Shown here piece by piece: positions 26,603 to 36,284 of a DNA stretch of 43,920 nt; position 1 is the first letter of the stretch, and each line of letters begins with the position of its first letter. The notes beneath the pieces were generated by a model. That model had not been told where the DNA came from. It did no database searches and saw only the letters and a program-made list of their open reading frames with translations. The stretch comes from an uncultured Bacteroidaceae bacterium (GTDB taxonomy: Bacteria > Bacteroidota > Bacteroidia > Bacteroidales > P3). Where the stretch lies: contig CAZTVH010000002.1 of assembly GCA_964616965.1 (NCBI GenBank), positions 1 to 43,920 of the forward strand, in the 5' to 3' direction. The position numbers were made by a program, and so were the translations under genes.

Positions 26603-27604
26603 TCACATATTCACATATTTCAACAGCCTGTCCGTCAGACGGACCCAAAGGCTGTCGCGTCTCTTGAGAGTCGACTGCAGGTATCGGTGCACCCATCTTT
26701 CCCAGAGCGTACGAGAATCCTTCAACCCGTAGGTGCTGCAGAAAACGTCATCCCATATATCCAACCGTCTCAAATCCTTCATTGCATGACGTGGCATACG
26801 CTCCACAATATAGTCGTCCATATAGCATTTCGCCACCTCGGTATCTACCATATCAAGTATATCGAACTGCCGATAGAGCATCTCTTCGGGCAATGGCAGA
26901 ACCGACGTGGGCAGCAGGGTTGAGGCCCTGTAGCTACGGCTGAGTGAGACGGGCGAGCGATGGTTCATCTCCCAGTCGACAAACTGGTAGAACCGTGCCT
27001 TCGATGCCACACGATGAACGTTGAGGTAGGCAAAATGCATCACATAGAAGTCTCTCACATAGTACATCTGCTTCTCCTCTATCGGATAGGGTATACGCAT
27101 GGAGTGCATGTTGCGGACATAGTTGCCGTGGGGTTCCTTTCCGTCATCGTGAAAAAGCCAAGGGTACCATGTCGATTGCCAATATTCAGACTTATTCGGA
27201 CATATCTGCGCCCACCTGAACCAAAAAACATCGCCTGGTTTTGAGTTGAGAATTCTCTGCCAATCCTGGGTGCCAAATGCGTTGGCCGCAAGCACCTCGT
27301 CTGCATCAAGTCCCCACAGCAGCGTGTCTCTTCCATTTGCGATTTCGCGAGCCTTGTTTATTAGCATCGACTGCCGCTCAGACTCGTTGAATTCAGGATT
27401 GTTATTGTCTATCATTACTATCTGTGCTCTATCCTGCGCCGACGCGTTCCTTTGTGCATAATCCTTTATTATTTCGCGTGTGCCGTCGGTGGACATCTGG
27501 TCGGCGATGACGATATAGTCAGCCCATCGGCTGGTGGATTCGAGAAAAGCTCGCAGAACCCACGCTTCGTTGCGGACGGGAGTCATTACTATTTGGATTG
27601 GCAT
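26603..27604 (-). CDS. GT2-like (Glyco_tranf_2_4-type) glycosyltransferase
   Basis: VMTPVRNEAWVLRAFLESTSRWADYIVIADQMSTDGT and GLDADEV. Confidence 0.6.
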   Translation of the reverse strand: MPIQIVMTPVRNEAWVLRAFLESTSRWADYIVIADQMSTDGTREIIKDYAQRNASAQDRAQIVMIDNNNPEFNESERQSMLINKAREIANGRDTLLWGLDADEVLAANAFGTQDWQRILNSKPGDVFWFRWAQICPNKSEYWQSTWYPWLFHDDGKEPHGNYVRNMHSMRIPYPIEEKQMYYVRDFYVMHFAYLNVHRVASKARFYQFVDWEMNHRSPVSLSRSYRASTLLPTSVLPLPEEMLYRQFDILDMVDTEVAKCYMDDYIVERMPRHAMKDLRRLDIWDDVFCSTYGLKDSRTLWERWVHRYLQSTLKRRDSLWVRLTDRLLKYVNM

Positions 27605-27621
27605 GGCTGTGAATTTAAGAG

Positions 27622-28647
27622 TTATACCACTTTGTGAGAATAGGCGGGGACAAACTCAAATTTTTTCCCTTCTTTCAGCTGTTTGGCTGTTATTTCAAAG
27701 AGCTCTTCCGAAGGATTTATGACATTGATTTTGCATACTTCTCCCATTAATACATCGGGGTCGACACCGTATTCTGACGACACTTTTTCCAAAAGTCCCG
27801 TGAAGGAGTCGTGGAAGTTGACCATCCCGACGTTTATCTCTCGTTTGGTACTGCCTTTGAGCAGGAGGTTCCCCACCACCTGCTCGGCCAGCTCCGCCAA
27901 CTGAAGGGCGTTGCAGCCCTGCGGCATGATGCGGGCCTTCTGACAGATGGCAATCATCGACTCCAATTGGGCGTTGCCCGCTCCGCGTCCGAGGCCGCGC
28001 AGAGTCGCGTCGACCATCTCGGCTCCCGCCTGCAAGGCTGCCAGACTATTGGCATTGGCCAATAGGAGGTTGTTATGCCCGTGGAAACCAACCGAGATAT
28101 CGTAGAACTCTTTAATTGCATGCACATACCCTGCCACCTGGTCGGGCAGCATTCCTCCTGCAGAATCAACCAAATAGATGCAGTCGGCACCAGCACCCGC
28201 GATGCCTTCGGCTGTCTTCACCAAATGGTAACGGCTGACGGCGTATGTCTTCATCAGGTTGCAGCAGACATAGAGGCCTAGCGATTTGGCATAACTGATA
28301 CTGTCGAACGTCTTTTCAATCTCGGTGGAGTTGCCCCCTACACGAACAAAGGAGCCCCCGTTATCCTTAAACCATTTCAAGTCGTCCTTTGTGCCACCAC
28401 AACCGGGTATAAAGAACATGCCTATATGCGACTCGCCTTTGCATGGCATACATATGCGCATGAAATCGCTGTCGTCAAGGGGATGCTCCCCCACACGGTA
28501 TGAACCTAGGCCAAGTGTGTTGCCAATCTCAATATACTTGATACCGGCTGCCGACAACTCAGTGACAATCTTACGCAGCGTTTCAGCCTCCCAATGGTTA
28601 TGGGTCACATAGCCTCCGTCGCGTATGGTGCAATCTAGTATATTCAT
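27622..28647 (-). CDS. HMGL-like / DRE-TIM metallolyase (4-hydroxy-2-oxovalerate aldolase-like, pyruvate-utilising)
   Basis: 341 aa. ILDCTIRDGGY and VGFHGHNNLLLANANSLAALQAGAEMVDATLRGLGRGAGNAQLE closely follow the DmpG/BphI-type motifs. Confidence 0.75.
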   Translation of the reverse strand: MNILDCTIRDGGYVTHNHWEAETLRKIVTELSAAGIKYIEIGNTLGLGSYRVGEHPLDDSDFMRICMPCKGESHIGMFFIPGCGGTKDDLKWFKDNGGSFVRVGGNSTEIEKTFDSISYAKSLGLYVCCNLMKTYAVSRYHLVKTAEGIAGAGADCIYLVDSAGGMLPDQVAGYVHAIKEFYDISVGFHGHNNLLLANANSLAALQAGAEMVDATLRGLGRGAGNAQLESMIAICQKARIMPQGCNALQLAELAEQVVGNLLLKGSTKREINVGMVNFHDSFTGLLEKVSSEYGVDPDVLMGEVCKINVINPSEELFEITAKQLKEGKKFEFVPAYSHKVV

Positions 28648-28690
28648 ATGGATGGCGGAAAACTCCGCTGGGTGATAGAGGTAAAAGAAC

Positions 28691-29800
28691 CTATCGTATT
28701 AAAAGTCTGTATAGTTTGTCCAAATCCGCCTCGCTAACCTTGCTCCGCTTGCTGTTCTGCTTGTATTGGAGCAGTATTCTGAACAGGCGTAGTTTGCTGA
28801 CAAGGCCCCGCTGCCCTCCGGAATAGTACCTAAATATGAACCCTTCAAACTGAGATAGGTATTGTTTTATGCCGGCTTGGAGGGCTATCTTGTGAAAGAG
28901 CGAACGCTTCAGCACATGTACGAGACGTAGGTTGGGCTGTGATAAGAACAAGTTTCTGAACCGTGGTATGAGCAGGGCATGTTGGTACGGTAGCAATCCG
29001 TATGACACCTCCTTATCCCACCCTTTGGCCGAATTGCTGATGCTGCCACCGTACTGTACCCACACATAGTCGGCCCTATCAACAAAAATGGCTTTGCCAA
29101 ATTGCAAATGGTAGTAGGTGATGACGGTATCGTCATACAGCCGTCCGTATCGTTCGGCAGGGTTCTCGCCCAAGGGGTTGCGCCGAATCATGTAGGTCTG
29201 GTTCAGCCCCAGCAGGCCCCACTGCGCAATGGCGGCAGGGGTGAGTTTTGCCCCGGTTTTGAGCATACTGTGTTGGGGCCACGCAAAGCCTGTCTCCAAG
29301 GATGCGCCGTCGCACACCTGCCAAACCCTTTGTTGGCACATAGCGCAGTCGGGGTTGGCCAACAACGTGTCGAGCTGAAGCTGGTATATGTCGTCGGACT
29401 TCAAATAGTCGTCGGCATCGATATTGACAAAGAACTCACCTCTCGCATTACGGTAGGCGTTGGCCTTGTTCCATCCGCAACGCTCGCTACGCCCAGAGGG
29501 GTTGCACTCGTCGGAGTTGCACTTCACCCCCCGCACTATGGTGGGGTGGAGTTGCTGATATTGCTGGATTAGCTCCCATGTGCCATCGGTGGAACGGTCG
29601 TCTGACACAATCACTTCGTATGGCACATCGAGCCGTTGCGCTAGAATACTGTCGAGGCAACGCGACAAGAGGTGGCGCTGATTGTGAGCAATCACCAATA
29701 CGCTAAGCACTATGTGGTCTGTCTGGTCCAAGGGTGAGGATGCTTGTGTATGTGTTGAAATGTTGATACGTTGATATGTGGTGTGGCAGCCAATTCCCAT
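28691..29800 (-). CDS. GT2 glycosyltransferase
   Basis: LSVLVIAHNQRHLLSRCLDSILAQ, VSDDRSTDGT and NIDADDY. Confidence 0.8.
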   Translation of the reverse strand: MGIGCHTTYQRINISTHTQASSPLDQTDHIVLSVLVIAHNQRHLLSRCLDSILAQRLDVPYEVIVSDDRSTDGTWELIQQYQQLHPTIVRGVKCNSDECNPSGRSERCGWNKANAYRNARGEFFVNIDADDYLKSDDIYQLQLDTLLANPDCAMCQQRVWQVCDGASLETGFAWPQHSMLKTGAKLTPAAIAQWGLLGLNQTYMIRRNPLGENPAERYGRLYDDTVITYYHLQFGKAIFVDRADYVWVQYGGSISNSAKGWDKEVSYGLLPYQHALLIPRFRNLFLSQPNLRLVHVLKRSLFHKIALQAGIKQYLSQFEGFIFRYYSGGQRGLVSKLRLFRILLQYKQNSKRSKVSEADLDKLYRLLIR

Positions 29801-29818
29801 TCCTTCGGGAACGCCTAC

Positions 29819-31057
29819 CTACTCCCACGACGAACGCAGCACTACCTTAGAGGCACGGTCGTACGGGGTGATGCGCTTGATGAAAGTCTCGTTTTGAGTG
29901 ACACGGAAGCGAACGCAGCTGAGCACCTTGTCAAAAGTGTTATAAGGGTTGCCCAACCAGATGCTCGAATTGTAGCATCCCGGTGCAAAATTGACATTGT
30001 GCATACGGCAGTGGGCCGTGATTTTCTCCCCACGGGTCATGTGCGGGATATGGTAGTCGTCGTCGTAGTTCGAAACATGTGCTATCTGTTTGCCTAGCTC
30101 GTCGGTGATATCGAAACTGATGTCCACCATGTCGGCCTCGCGGACGGCCTCGATGTCGACCTCAATATCGAGGTCTTCGCCAAGGGTGACAGTGCCACTG
30201 GAGAGACGGAAGTCGCGCACACGGACGGCACCATTGCCCGTACGGTTGAAGTCGCCCACGCTTTTCATTCCACCCAAATAGTAGTCCACCACATCGCTCA
30301 CATCGCCCGTCATTTCAACCATACCGTTCTTGAGCAGTATGCCGTGGCGGCAAAGCTGCTGAATGCTCGCCATATTGTGACTCACGAAGAGAACCGTTCG
30401 CCCTTCCGAACTACTGACATCCTGCATCTTGCCGATAGCCTTCTTCTGGAACTCGGCATCGCCAACTGCCAACACCTCGTCGACAACCAGTATTTCAGGT
30501 TCCAAAAATGCGGCCACCGCAAAACCCAGACGCACCGTCATACCTGAACTATATCGTTTGACCGGAGTGTCGATATAGCGCTCGCAGCCGCTGAAGTCGA
30601 CAATCTCGTCCAGCTTGCGACTAATCTCCATCTTGGTCATGCCCAGTATGGCCCCGTTGAGGAAGATATTCTCGCGGCCCGTCATTTCAGGGTGAAATCC
30701 CGTGCCCACCTCCAACAACGAACCTATGCGGCCACGCGCCTTGATGGTGCCGGTTGTGGGTCCGGTAACTTTCGATAGGATTTTCAATAGGGTACTCTTT
30801 CCTGCCCCATTCCTTCCGATTATTCCCACGACATCGCCTTGTTCAACTTTGAAATCGATGTCCTTCAAAGCCCAAACATACTCGCTGTCGGCTTTTTGCG
30901 AACGGTCGTTAACCGACCCCACCTTCAAATAGGGGTCTTCTTTGCCACGAACGTTGACTACCCACCACCGATTGAGGTCGTGGCTGAGTGTACGGGTGGA
31001 TACAAGTCCTAGCCGATACTGCTTGGAGACATTGTTGAATTCTATTGCTGTTGCCAT
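29819..31057 (-). CDS. wzt: Polysaccharide ABC exporter ATP-binding protein (Wzt/TagH type) with C-terminal Wzt_C-like beta-sandwich domain
   Basis: Start revised to ATG 31057 (MATAIEFNNVSKQY), 4 nt after the fcl stop. Walker A GRNGAGKST, signature YSSGM, Walker B ILVVDE. About 165 extra C-terminal residues. Confidence 0.88.
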   Translation of the reverse strand: MATAIEFNNVSKQYRLGLVSTRTLSHDLNRWWVVNVRGKEDPYLKVGSVNDRSQKADSEYVWALKDIDFKVEQGDVVGIIGRNGAGKSTLLKILSKVTGPTTGTIKARGRIGSLLEVGTGFHPEMTGRENIFLNGAILGMTKMEISRKLDEIVDFSGCERYIDTPVKRYSSGMTVRLGFAVAAFLEPEILVVDEVLAVGDAEFQKKAIGKMQDVSSSEGRTVLFVSHNMASIQQLCRHGILLKNGMVEMTGDVSDVVDYYLGGMKSVGDFNRTGNGAVRVRDFRLSSGTVTLGEDLDIEVDIEAVREADMVDISFDITDELGKQIAHVSNYDDDYHIPHMTRGEKITAHCRMHNVNFAPGCYNSSIWLGNPYNTFDKVLSCVRFRVTQNETFIKRITPYDRASKVVLRSSWE

Positions 31058-31061
31058 ATTG

Positions 31062-32003
31062 CTATCTTTCTGCCCGCATAGGGTTGTGTAAAAAATCGTT
31101 ATACGCCAAACGGATGCCCTCGTCAAGTTCGGTCTTGTAGGTCCAACCCAATGCCGTAGCCTTGCTCACATCGAGCAGTTTGCGCGGAGTACCATTGGGG
31201 CGGCTCGCATCCCATCGTATCGTGCCCCCATATCCCACTATATGTGCCACCAGCTCGGCAAGTGCCTTGATGGTGATTTCTTTGCCGGTGCCGGCATTGA
31301 CGGTCTCGTCGCCACTATAGTGGTTCATCAGGAAGACACAGAGATTGGCAAGGTCATCCACATAGAGAAACTCGCGCAGCGGCGACCCGTCGCCCCAGCA
31401 CACCACCTCTTCTACTCCCTGAACCTTAGCCTCGTGGAAACGGCGTATCATGGCGGGGAGCACATGGCTGTGTTCGGGATGGTAATTGTCGTTAGGGCCA
31501 TATAGGTTTGTGGGCATGACGCTTATGTAGTCGGTACCATACTGACGGTTGAGGTATTCGCAGTATTTCAGCCCCGATATCTTTGCGAGGGCGTAGGCCT
31601 CGTTTGTCTTTTCCAACTCGGAGGTCAGCAGGCAGCTCTCCGGCATAGGCTGTGGAGCCAGACGGGGATAGATGCAGCTCGACCCCAAGAACTCAAGTTT
31701 CTTGCACCCGTTGCGCCATGCCGCATGGATGACGTTCATCTCCAACACCATATTCTCATACATGAAGTCGGCCAACGCACTCTGGTTGGCAACGATGCCG
31801 CCCACCTTGGCAGCGGCGAGAAACACATACTCAGGTTTTTCTTCCTCGAAGAATTGCTCCACCGCCTCTTGCCGTGTCAGGTCCAGCTCTGCGTGTGTGC
31901 GCGTTACGAGGTTGCTGTAGCCCTGCCGCTGGAGTTCTCTCACTATGGCAGAACCCACCATGCCCCGGTGGCCAGCCACATATATCTTTGAGTCTTGGTT
32001 CAT
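31062..32003 (-). CDS. fcl: GDP-L-fucose synthase (GDP-4-keto-6-deoxymannose 3,5-epimerase/4-reductase)
   Basis: 313 aa. [26 protein letters not shown] and GSSCIYP. Confidence 0.92.
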   Translation of the reverse strand: MNQDSKIYVAGHRGMVGSAIVRELQRQGYSNLVTRTHAELDLTRQEAVEQFFEEEKPEYVFLAAAKVGGIVANQSALADFMYENMVLEMNVIHAAWRNGCKKLEFLGSSCIYPRLAPQPMPESCLLTSELEKTNEAYALAKISGLKYCEYLNRQYGTDYISVMPTNLYGPNDNYHPEHSHVLPAMIRRFHEAKVQGVEEVVCWGDGSPLREFLYVDDLANLCVFLMNHYSGDETVNAGTGKEITIKALAELVAHIVGYGGTIRWDASRPNGTPRKLLDVSKATALGWTYKTELDEGIRLAYNDFLHNPMRAER

Positions 32004-32100
32004 CTCTTATCAGTTTTCCCTACTTGGGGATTGTCTCCCATGATTGATTGGTGCATTTGGAGCTGGAAGTGTTCTATTACTGAAGTCTGACACACATTAT

Positions 32101-32108
32101 CAAACGTA
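32101..32108 (-). promoter_or_regulatory. Candidate internal -7 box (minus strand TACGTTTG) upstream of fcl
   Basis: Exact TAnnTTTG match, 98 nt upstream of ATG 32003 inside the 372-nt gap. A CTTG lies 17 nt upstream as a weak -33. Confidence 0.35.
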
Positions 32109-32200
32109 CCCGTCTTCAAGCACAACAAGCTTAATTCACCGCATTTTATCTTATTCCAAACAAGCCTCTACAGGTGATTATTACTGCCTTGACTGATTTC

Positions 32201-32322
32201 TACCGCTTCTTGCCGCTTCCTACCACATTCTGCCGATTTCCACCCCTTTTAATGTCGTTACCCGCTCCCTGAAGCGGACATTGAGCAGAGAACGAGCAGA
32301 GATGATGTGGAGAACGGAGGGA
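32201..32322 (-). repeat. Intergenic repeat family, copy 2 (orientation B, inverted relative to copies 1 and 3)
   Basis: Its reverse complement aligns without gaps to copy 1 with identical internal spacing (40 nt before the hairpin, 38 nt between the hairpin and GTAGGAAGC). Hairpin ccgct-ccctga-agcgg at 32262-32277. Confidence 0.7.
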
Positions 32323-32375
32323 GGAGGTGTACGGTTGGCTAGAGTTAAGAAAAGGTAATGGTCAACTTTTGATGA

Positions 32376-33464
32376 TTACTTCACTATGCCTTTTTCTAGG
32401 TATTCGGCTAGGTTGTAGCGCACCTTGGCGGCCGCATCATCGGAGGCCACCTTGGCCATGTCGCTCTCTACCATGAGCCGCACGAGCTGATGGAAAGGGG
32501 TTTTAGAGGGGTTCCAGCCCAGCAGCCGCTTGGCCTTAGAGGCATCGCCCAAGAGGTTCACCACGTCGGTGGGACGGTAGAAGTCGGGGCTGACCTCGAC
32601 CAGCACGCGGCCGGTGGCGCAGTCGATGCCCTTTTCATCCACCCCTTCGCCTTCCCAGCGCAACTCGATGCCGACATAGTGGAACGCCAGCTGGCAGAAC
32701 TCCCGCACGCTATGCTGCTCGCCTGTGGCGATGACAAAGTCGTCGGGCCTGTCGTGCTGGAGTATCATCCACATGCACTCGACATAGTCTTTGGCATAAC
32801 CCCAGTCGCGCAACGAGGAGAGGTTGCCCAGTTGCAGCCGCTGCTGTTTGCCCTGACGGATGCGCGCCGCTGCCAATGTTATCTTGCGCGTGACGAAGGT
32901 CTCGCCTCGGCGCTCGCTCTCGTGGTTGAAGAGGATGCCGTTGCAGCAGAACATGTTGTAGGCTTCGCGGTATTCTTTGACAATCCAATACCCGTATAGT
33001 TTCGCCACAGCGTAAGGGCTGTATGGGTAAAAGGGGGTCTCTTCGTTCTGAGGCACAGACACAACGCGTCCGTACAGTTCAGAGGTGCTGGCCTGATAGA
33101 TGCGGCAGCTATGCTCCAGCCCGCACTGGCGCACCGCCTCTAGGATGCGCAGCACGCCGGTGGCATCGACATTGGCCGTGTATTCGGGAGCATCGAAACT
33201 GACCTGCACATGGCTCTGTGCAGCGAGGTTGTAAATCTCGTCGGGACGGGTTTTCGCCACCAGCTGGATGATACTCAGCGTGTCGCCCATATCGCCATAG
33301 TGAAGGTGGAATTGCTCGTGCCCTTCGAGGTGGGCTATCCGTTCGCGGTAGTCTACGGACGAACGTCGGATGATACCATGCACTTCGTAGCCTTTGGCCA
33401 AGAGAAATTCGGCAAGGTAGCTGCCATCCTGTCCGGTGATACCTGTTATCAGAGCAGTTCTCAT
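32376..33464 (-). CDS. gmd: GDP-mannose 4,6-dehydratase
   Basis: 362 aa. [26 protein letters not shown] and YAVAKLY. Confidence 0.95.
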   Translation of the reverse strand: MRTALITGITGQDGSYLAEFLLAKGYEVHGIIRRSSVDYRERIAHLEGHEQFHLHYGDMGDTLSIIQLVAKTRPDEIYNLAAQSHVQVSFDAPEYTANVDATGVLRILEAVRQCGLEHSCRIYQASTSELYGRVVSVPQNEETPFYPYSPYAVAKLYGYWIVKEYREAYNMFCCNGILFNHESERRGETFVTRKITLAAARIRQGKQQRLQLGNLSSLRDWGYAKDYVECMWMILQHDRPDDFVIATGEQHSVREFCQLAFHYVGIELRWEGEGVDEKGIDCATGRVLVEVSPDFYRPTDVVNLLGDASKAKRLLGWNPSKTPFHQLVRLMVESDMAKVASDDAAAKVRYNLAEYLEKGIVK

Positions 33465-33521
33465 GAATAAGTTGTAAGTTGAGAGTTCTTTTTGCGAATT
33501 GACAAATGGCTGCGGCGGGGC

Positions 33522-34658
33522 TCACCGACGCAGTCCCATCTCTTTCACGCGCTGCATCACCTGCTCAATGACGGGTGCCATGTCGTAATACTTGTATTCT
33601 GCCAAACGGCCTCCGAAGATAACATCATTTTCATGGTCGGCCATAGCTTTGTATTGCTGGTAGAGGGTATCGTTACGGGCATCGTTGACGGGATAGTAGG
33701 GCTCCATGCCTGGCTTCCACTCGGTGCTGAACTCTTTTGAGACCACGGTCTTGGGACAGTCGTAGACGGCTTGTCCAAACATTTCGAAATGTTTGTGTTC
33801 GATGATGCGGGTGTAGGGCACTTCACGGTCGGTATAGTTGACCACCGCGTTGCCCTGATGGTTGGAGGTATCCATTATCTCGTGTTCGAAGGTTACTGTC
33901 CGAAAGTCGAGATGGCCTAATTTGAAATCGTAGTATTCGTCAATCTGGCCAGTATAGACTATCTTGTCGGCCAATGGCACGAGCTCGCCACGATGGGCAT
34001 GGAAGTCGCAGCCGAGGCGAGTCTCCACACCGTCGAGCAGCCCCTCGACCAGACGGTTGTAGCCTCCACAGGGCACCCCTTGGTAGAGGTCGTTGAAATA
34101 GTTGTTGTCGAAGACAAAGCGCAACGGCAACCTCCGAATGATAAAGGCGGGCAGGTCGACACATTTGCGGCCCCACTGCTTCTCGGTGTAGCCTTTGATT
34201 AGCACCTCGTATATATCGTGGCCCACCAGGCTCAAGGCCTGCTCTTCCAAGTTTCGGGGGGCCTCGCCATGCAACAACGACAGGGCCTCGGCACGCTGCT
34301 CCTCTATCTTGGCTTTCGCCTCTTCGGGCGTGGTGACACCCCACATCTGATAGAAGGTGTTCATATTGAAAGGCAGATTGTATAGCCGCCCCCGATAGTT
34401 GGCCACGGGGCTGTTGGTGTAGCGGTTGAAGGGGACTATGCTGTTCACAAGGTTCCACACCTCTGTGTTAGAGGTATGGAAGATGTGGGCACCATATTTA
34501 TGGACATTGATGCCTTCTATATTCTCGCAATAGACATTGCCACCCAGATGCGGACGCTTGTCGATGACCAGACACTGCTTTCCCGCCTGCCGGGCAAAAT
34601 AAGCAAAGGTGGCTCCAAAGAGTCCTGAGCCAACAATGAGGTAGTCGTAGCGTTTCAT
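33522..34658 (-). CDS. glf: UDP-galactopyranose mutase
   Basis: 378 aa. YDYLIVGSGLFGATFA, HLGGN and GRLAEYKYYDM. Confidence 0.93.
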   Translation of the reverse strand: MKRYDYLIVGSGLFGATFAYFARQAGKQCLVIDKRPHLGGNVYCENIEGINVHKYGAHIFHTSNTEVWNLVNSIVPFNRYTNSPVANYRGRLYNLPFNMNTFYQMWGVTTPEEAKAKIEEQRAEALSLLHGEAPRNLEEQALSLVGHDIYEVLIKGYTEKQWGRKCVDLPAFIIRRLPLRFVFDNNYFNDLYQGVPCGGYNRLVEGLLDGVETRLGCDFHAHRGELVPLADKIVYTGQIDEYYDFKLGHLDFRTVTFEHEIMDTSNHQGNAVVNYTDREVPYTRIIEHKHFEMFGQAVYDCPKTVVSKEFSTEWKPGMEPYYPVNDARNDTLYQQYKAMADHENDVIFGGRLAEYKYYDMAPVIEQVMQRVKEMGLRR

Positions 34659-34715
34659 TTCGAATTGAGAGTTGAGAATTGAAAAATGAGGATTGAAAAT
34701 CAGCTGCTATGCCGG

Positions 34716-36200
34716 TTATTTCAAGATATATCCTTCTTTATCGCCCAGCACTTGATAGACTTGGTAGTTGCCTATATCATAAAGATGCTCCATGTAGAGG
34801 ACACTGTTCCAATAACTGATTTCGTCGGGAGTGCTTAAAACCATTTTTGTCATGTCCTTGGGATAGCGGCCCGAACCTTCAAAATACAGATTACCATTGG
34901 TGGGGGCAAGATAGTAGTACCATTTGTATGGAACGTATGTCGACTCTTGGCTGTTGATATGGGCAGCCTCTATATCGCGCATGTTTTGTGCGTCCACCTC
35001 ATGCCGGAAGTCAATCCGCTTCCTATCGCGATAGGAGGGACTCAGGCAGAACCACACGCACATTCCCACACATACCACCGGGACCAGCAGGCGTTGGGTA
35101 TGGGTGCGACTGACCCACACGCAAAAGGCAATCAGACACGGCAAGTAGGCCACCCAGGTGTAGTACCACGCATATCGGCCTGCCAAGATAAAGAACCACG
35201 GGGCGAGCAGCCCTGAAAGCAACAATGCCTTCTCGGTCTGCGAAGGCTTGGTCTTCTCCCTGCGGCATAGCGCTACAATGCCCAATATCACAACCATCGC
35301 TGCCAACACCAGGTACTCTTTGTTAGCAAAAAGCCCCTCGATGGTCATACTGTCGATACGCTCCCAGAAGGTCATCGTCTTTTCGATTGGGACATTGTTC
35401 TCGAATGAGAGGCGACCTGTCTCAAAGAAGTGGATGATGCTCTGCATGGTGTAGCTGAAGCCGAACATCGTCTGCAAAAAGGCTTTTGCACAATGATGGC
35501 TCGCCATAAAGGCAACCACCCCGGCAAAGGCGATAACAGAACTCAACCCATACCACACATATAGGCGCCACTGCCGCAGCGATTGGCGCAGGTCGACCAG
35601 ACCATGCAGCAGAAGCACTACGCAAGTGAACAACACCCCCTCAAACCCAGTCCACATCTGCAATGCGCTCCACACGCACATCCATGCCACATCCCATCGA
35701 TTGCCCGTCTGGTATGCACGAAAGAAAGCATCCAAGGTCAGCACGCCCAGCAGCAGGCAGAGGGTTTCCACCCGTCCACAAGTGAAGATACCAAACAGCC
35801 CGTCGGCAGCCCAATAGCCAAAGGCGAAACAGACTACAACCCATTTGGAGCGCAACAACTTGCCCCACTCGAAACGCAGACAAACCACCAAATAGGCAGC
35901 AAAAGCAAACAGCAGGTTGGGCAGCTGCGCGGTGAAATAGGAGAACCCTACCACCCTGTACCACACCGCCATAGTCAAGGCATACAGGGGGCTGTACGAA
36001 GGCTGTCCCCCACCCCACACATGGGTGATGAAATTGCCCTGCGACATACGGTAACCCCAGTCTGCCCAAAAGGCATCGTCATACCACGACTCATGCGGTC
36101 GAAAGCAGAGCATAAACACCCCTACGGCCAGACCTAACAGCCCTAAGGCTATGGCCAGACCCTTGGAGTCAATCCGATTGTTACGCCATATGGGTTTCAT
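34716..36200 (-). CDS. Polytopic GT-C fold glycosyltransferase (GtrC/ArnT-like role)
   Basis: 494 aa with at least 11 hydrophobic segments. First-loop acidic motif is SWYDDAFWADWGY. It lies directly downstream of the GtrA- and GtrB-like genes. Confidence 0.55.
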   Translation of the reverse strand: MKPIWRNNRIDSKGLAIALGLLGLAVGVFMLCFRPHESWYDDAFWADWGYRMSQGNFITHVWGGGQPSYSPLYALTMAVWYRVVGFSYFTAQLPNLLFAFAAYLVVCLRFEWGKLLRSKWVVVCFAFGYWAADGLFGIFTCGRVETLCLLLGVLTLDAFFRAYQTGNRWDVAWMCVWSALQMWTGFEGVLFTCVVLLLHGLVDLRQSLRQWRLYVWYGLSSVIAFAGVVAFMASHHCAKAFLQTMFGFSYTMQSIIHFFETGRLSFENNVPIEKTMTFWERIDSMTIEGLFANKEYLVLAAMVVILGIVALCRREKTKPSQTEKALLLSGLLAPWFFILAGRYAWYYTWVAYLPCLIAFCVWVSRTHTQRLLVPVVCVGMCVWFCLSPSYRDRKRIDFRHEVDAQNMRDIEAAHINSQESTYVPYKWYYYLAPTNGNLYFEGSGRYPKDMTKMVLSTPDEISYWNSVLYMEHLYDIGNYQVYQVLGDKEGYILK

Positions 36201-36284
36201 TGCGCAGGTTTGCTATTGCATGATTGCTTGAGGGTTTACTCATTTGAGCCCATAGCCACTCAAACATTTGCACACTTAAAGGCA

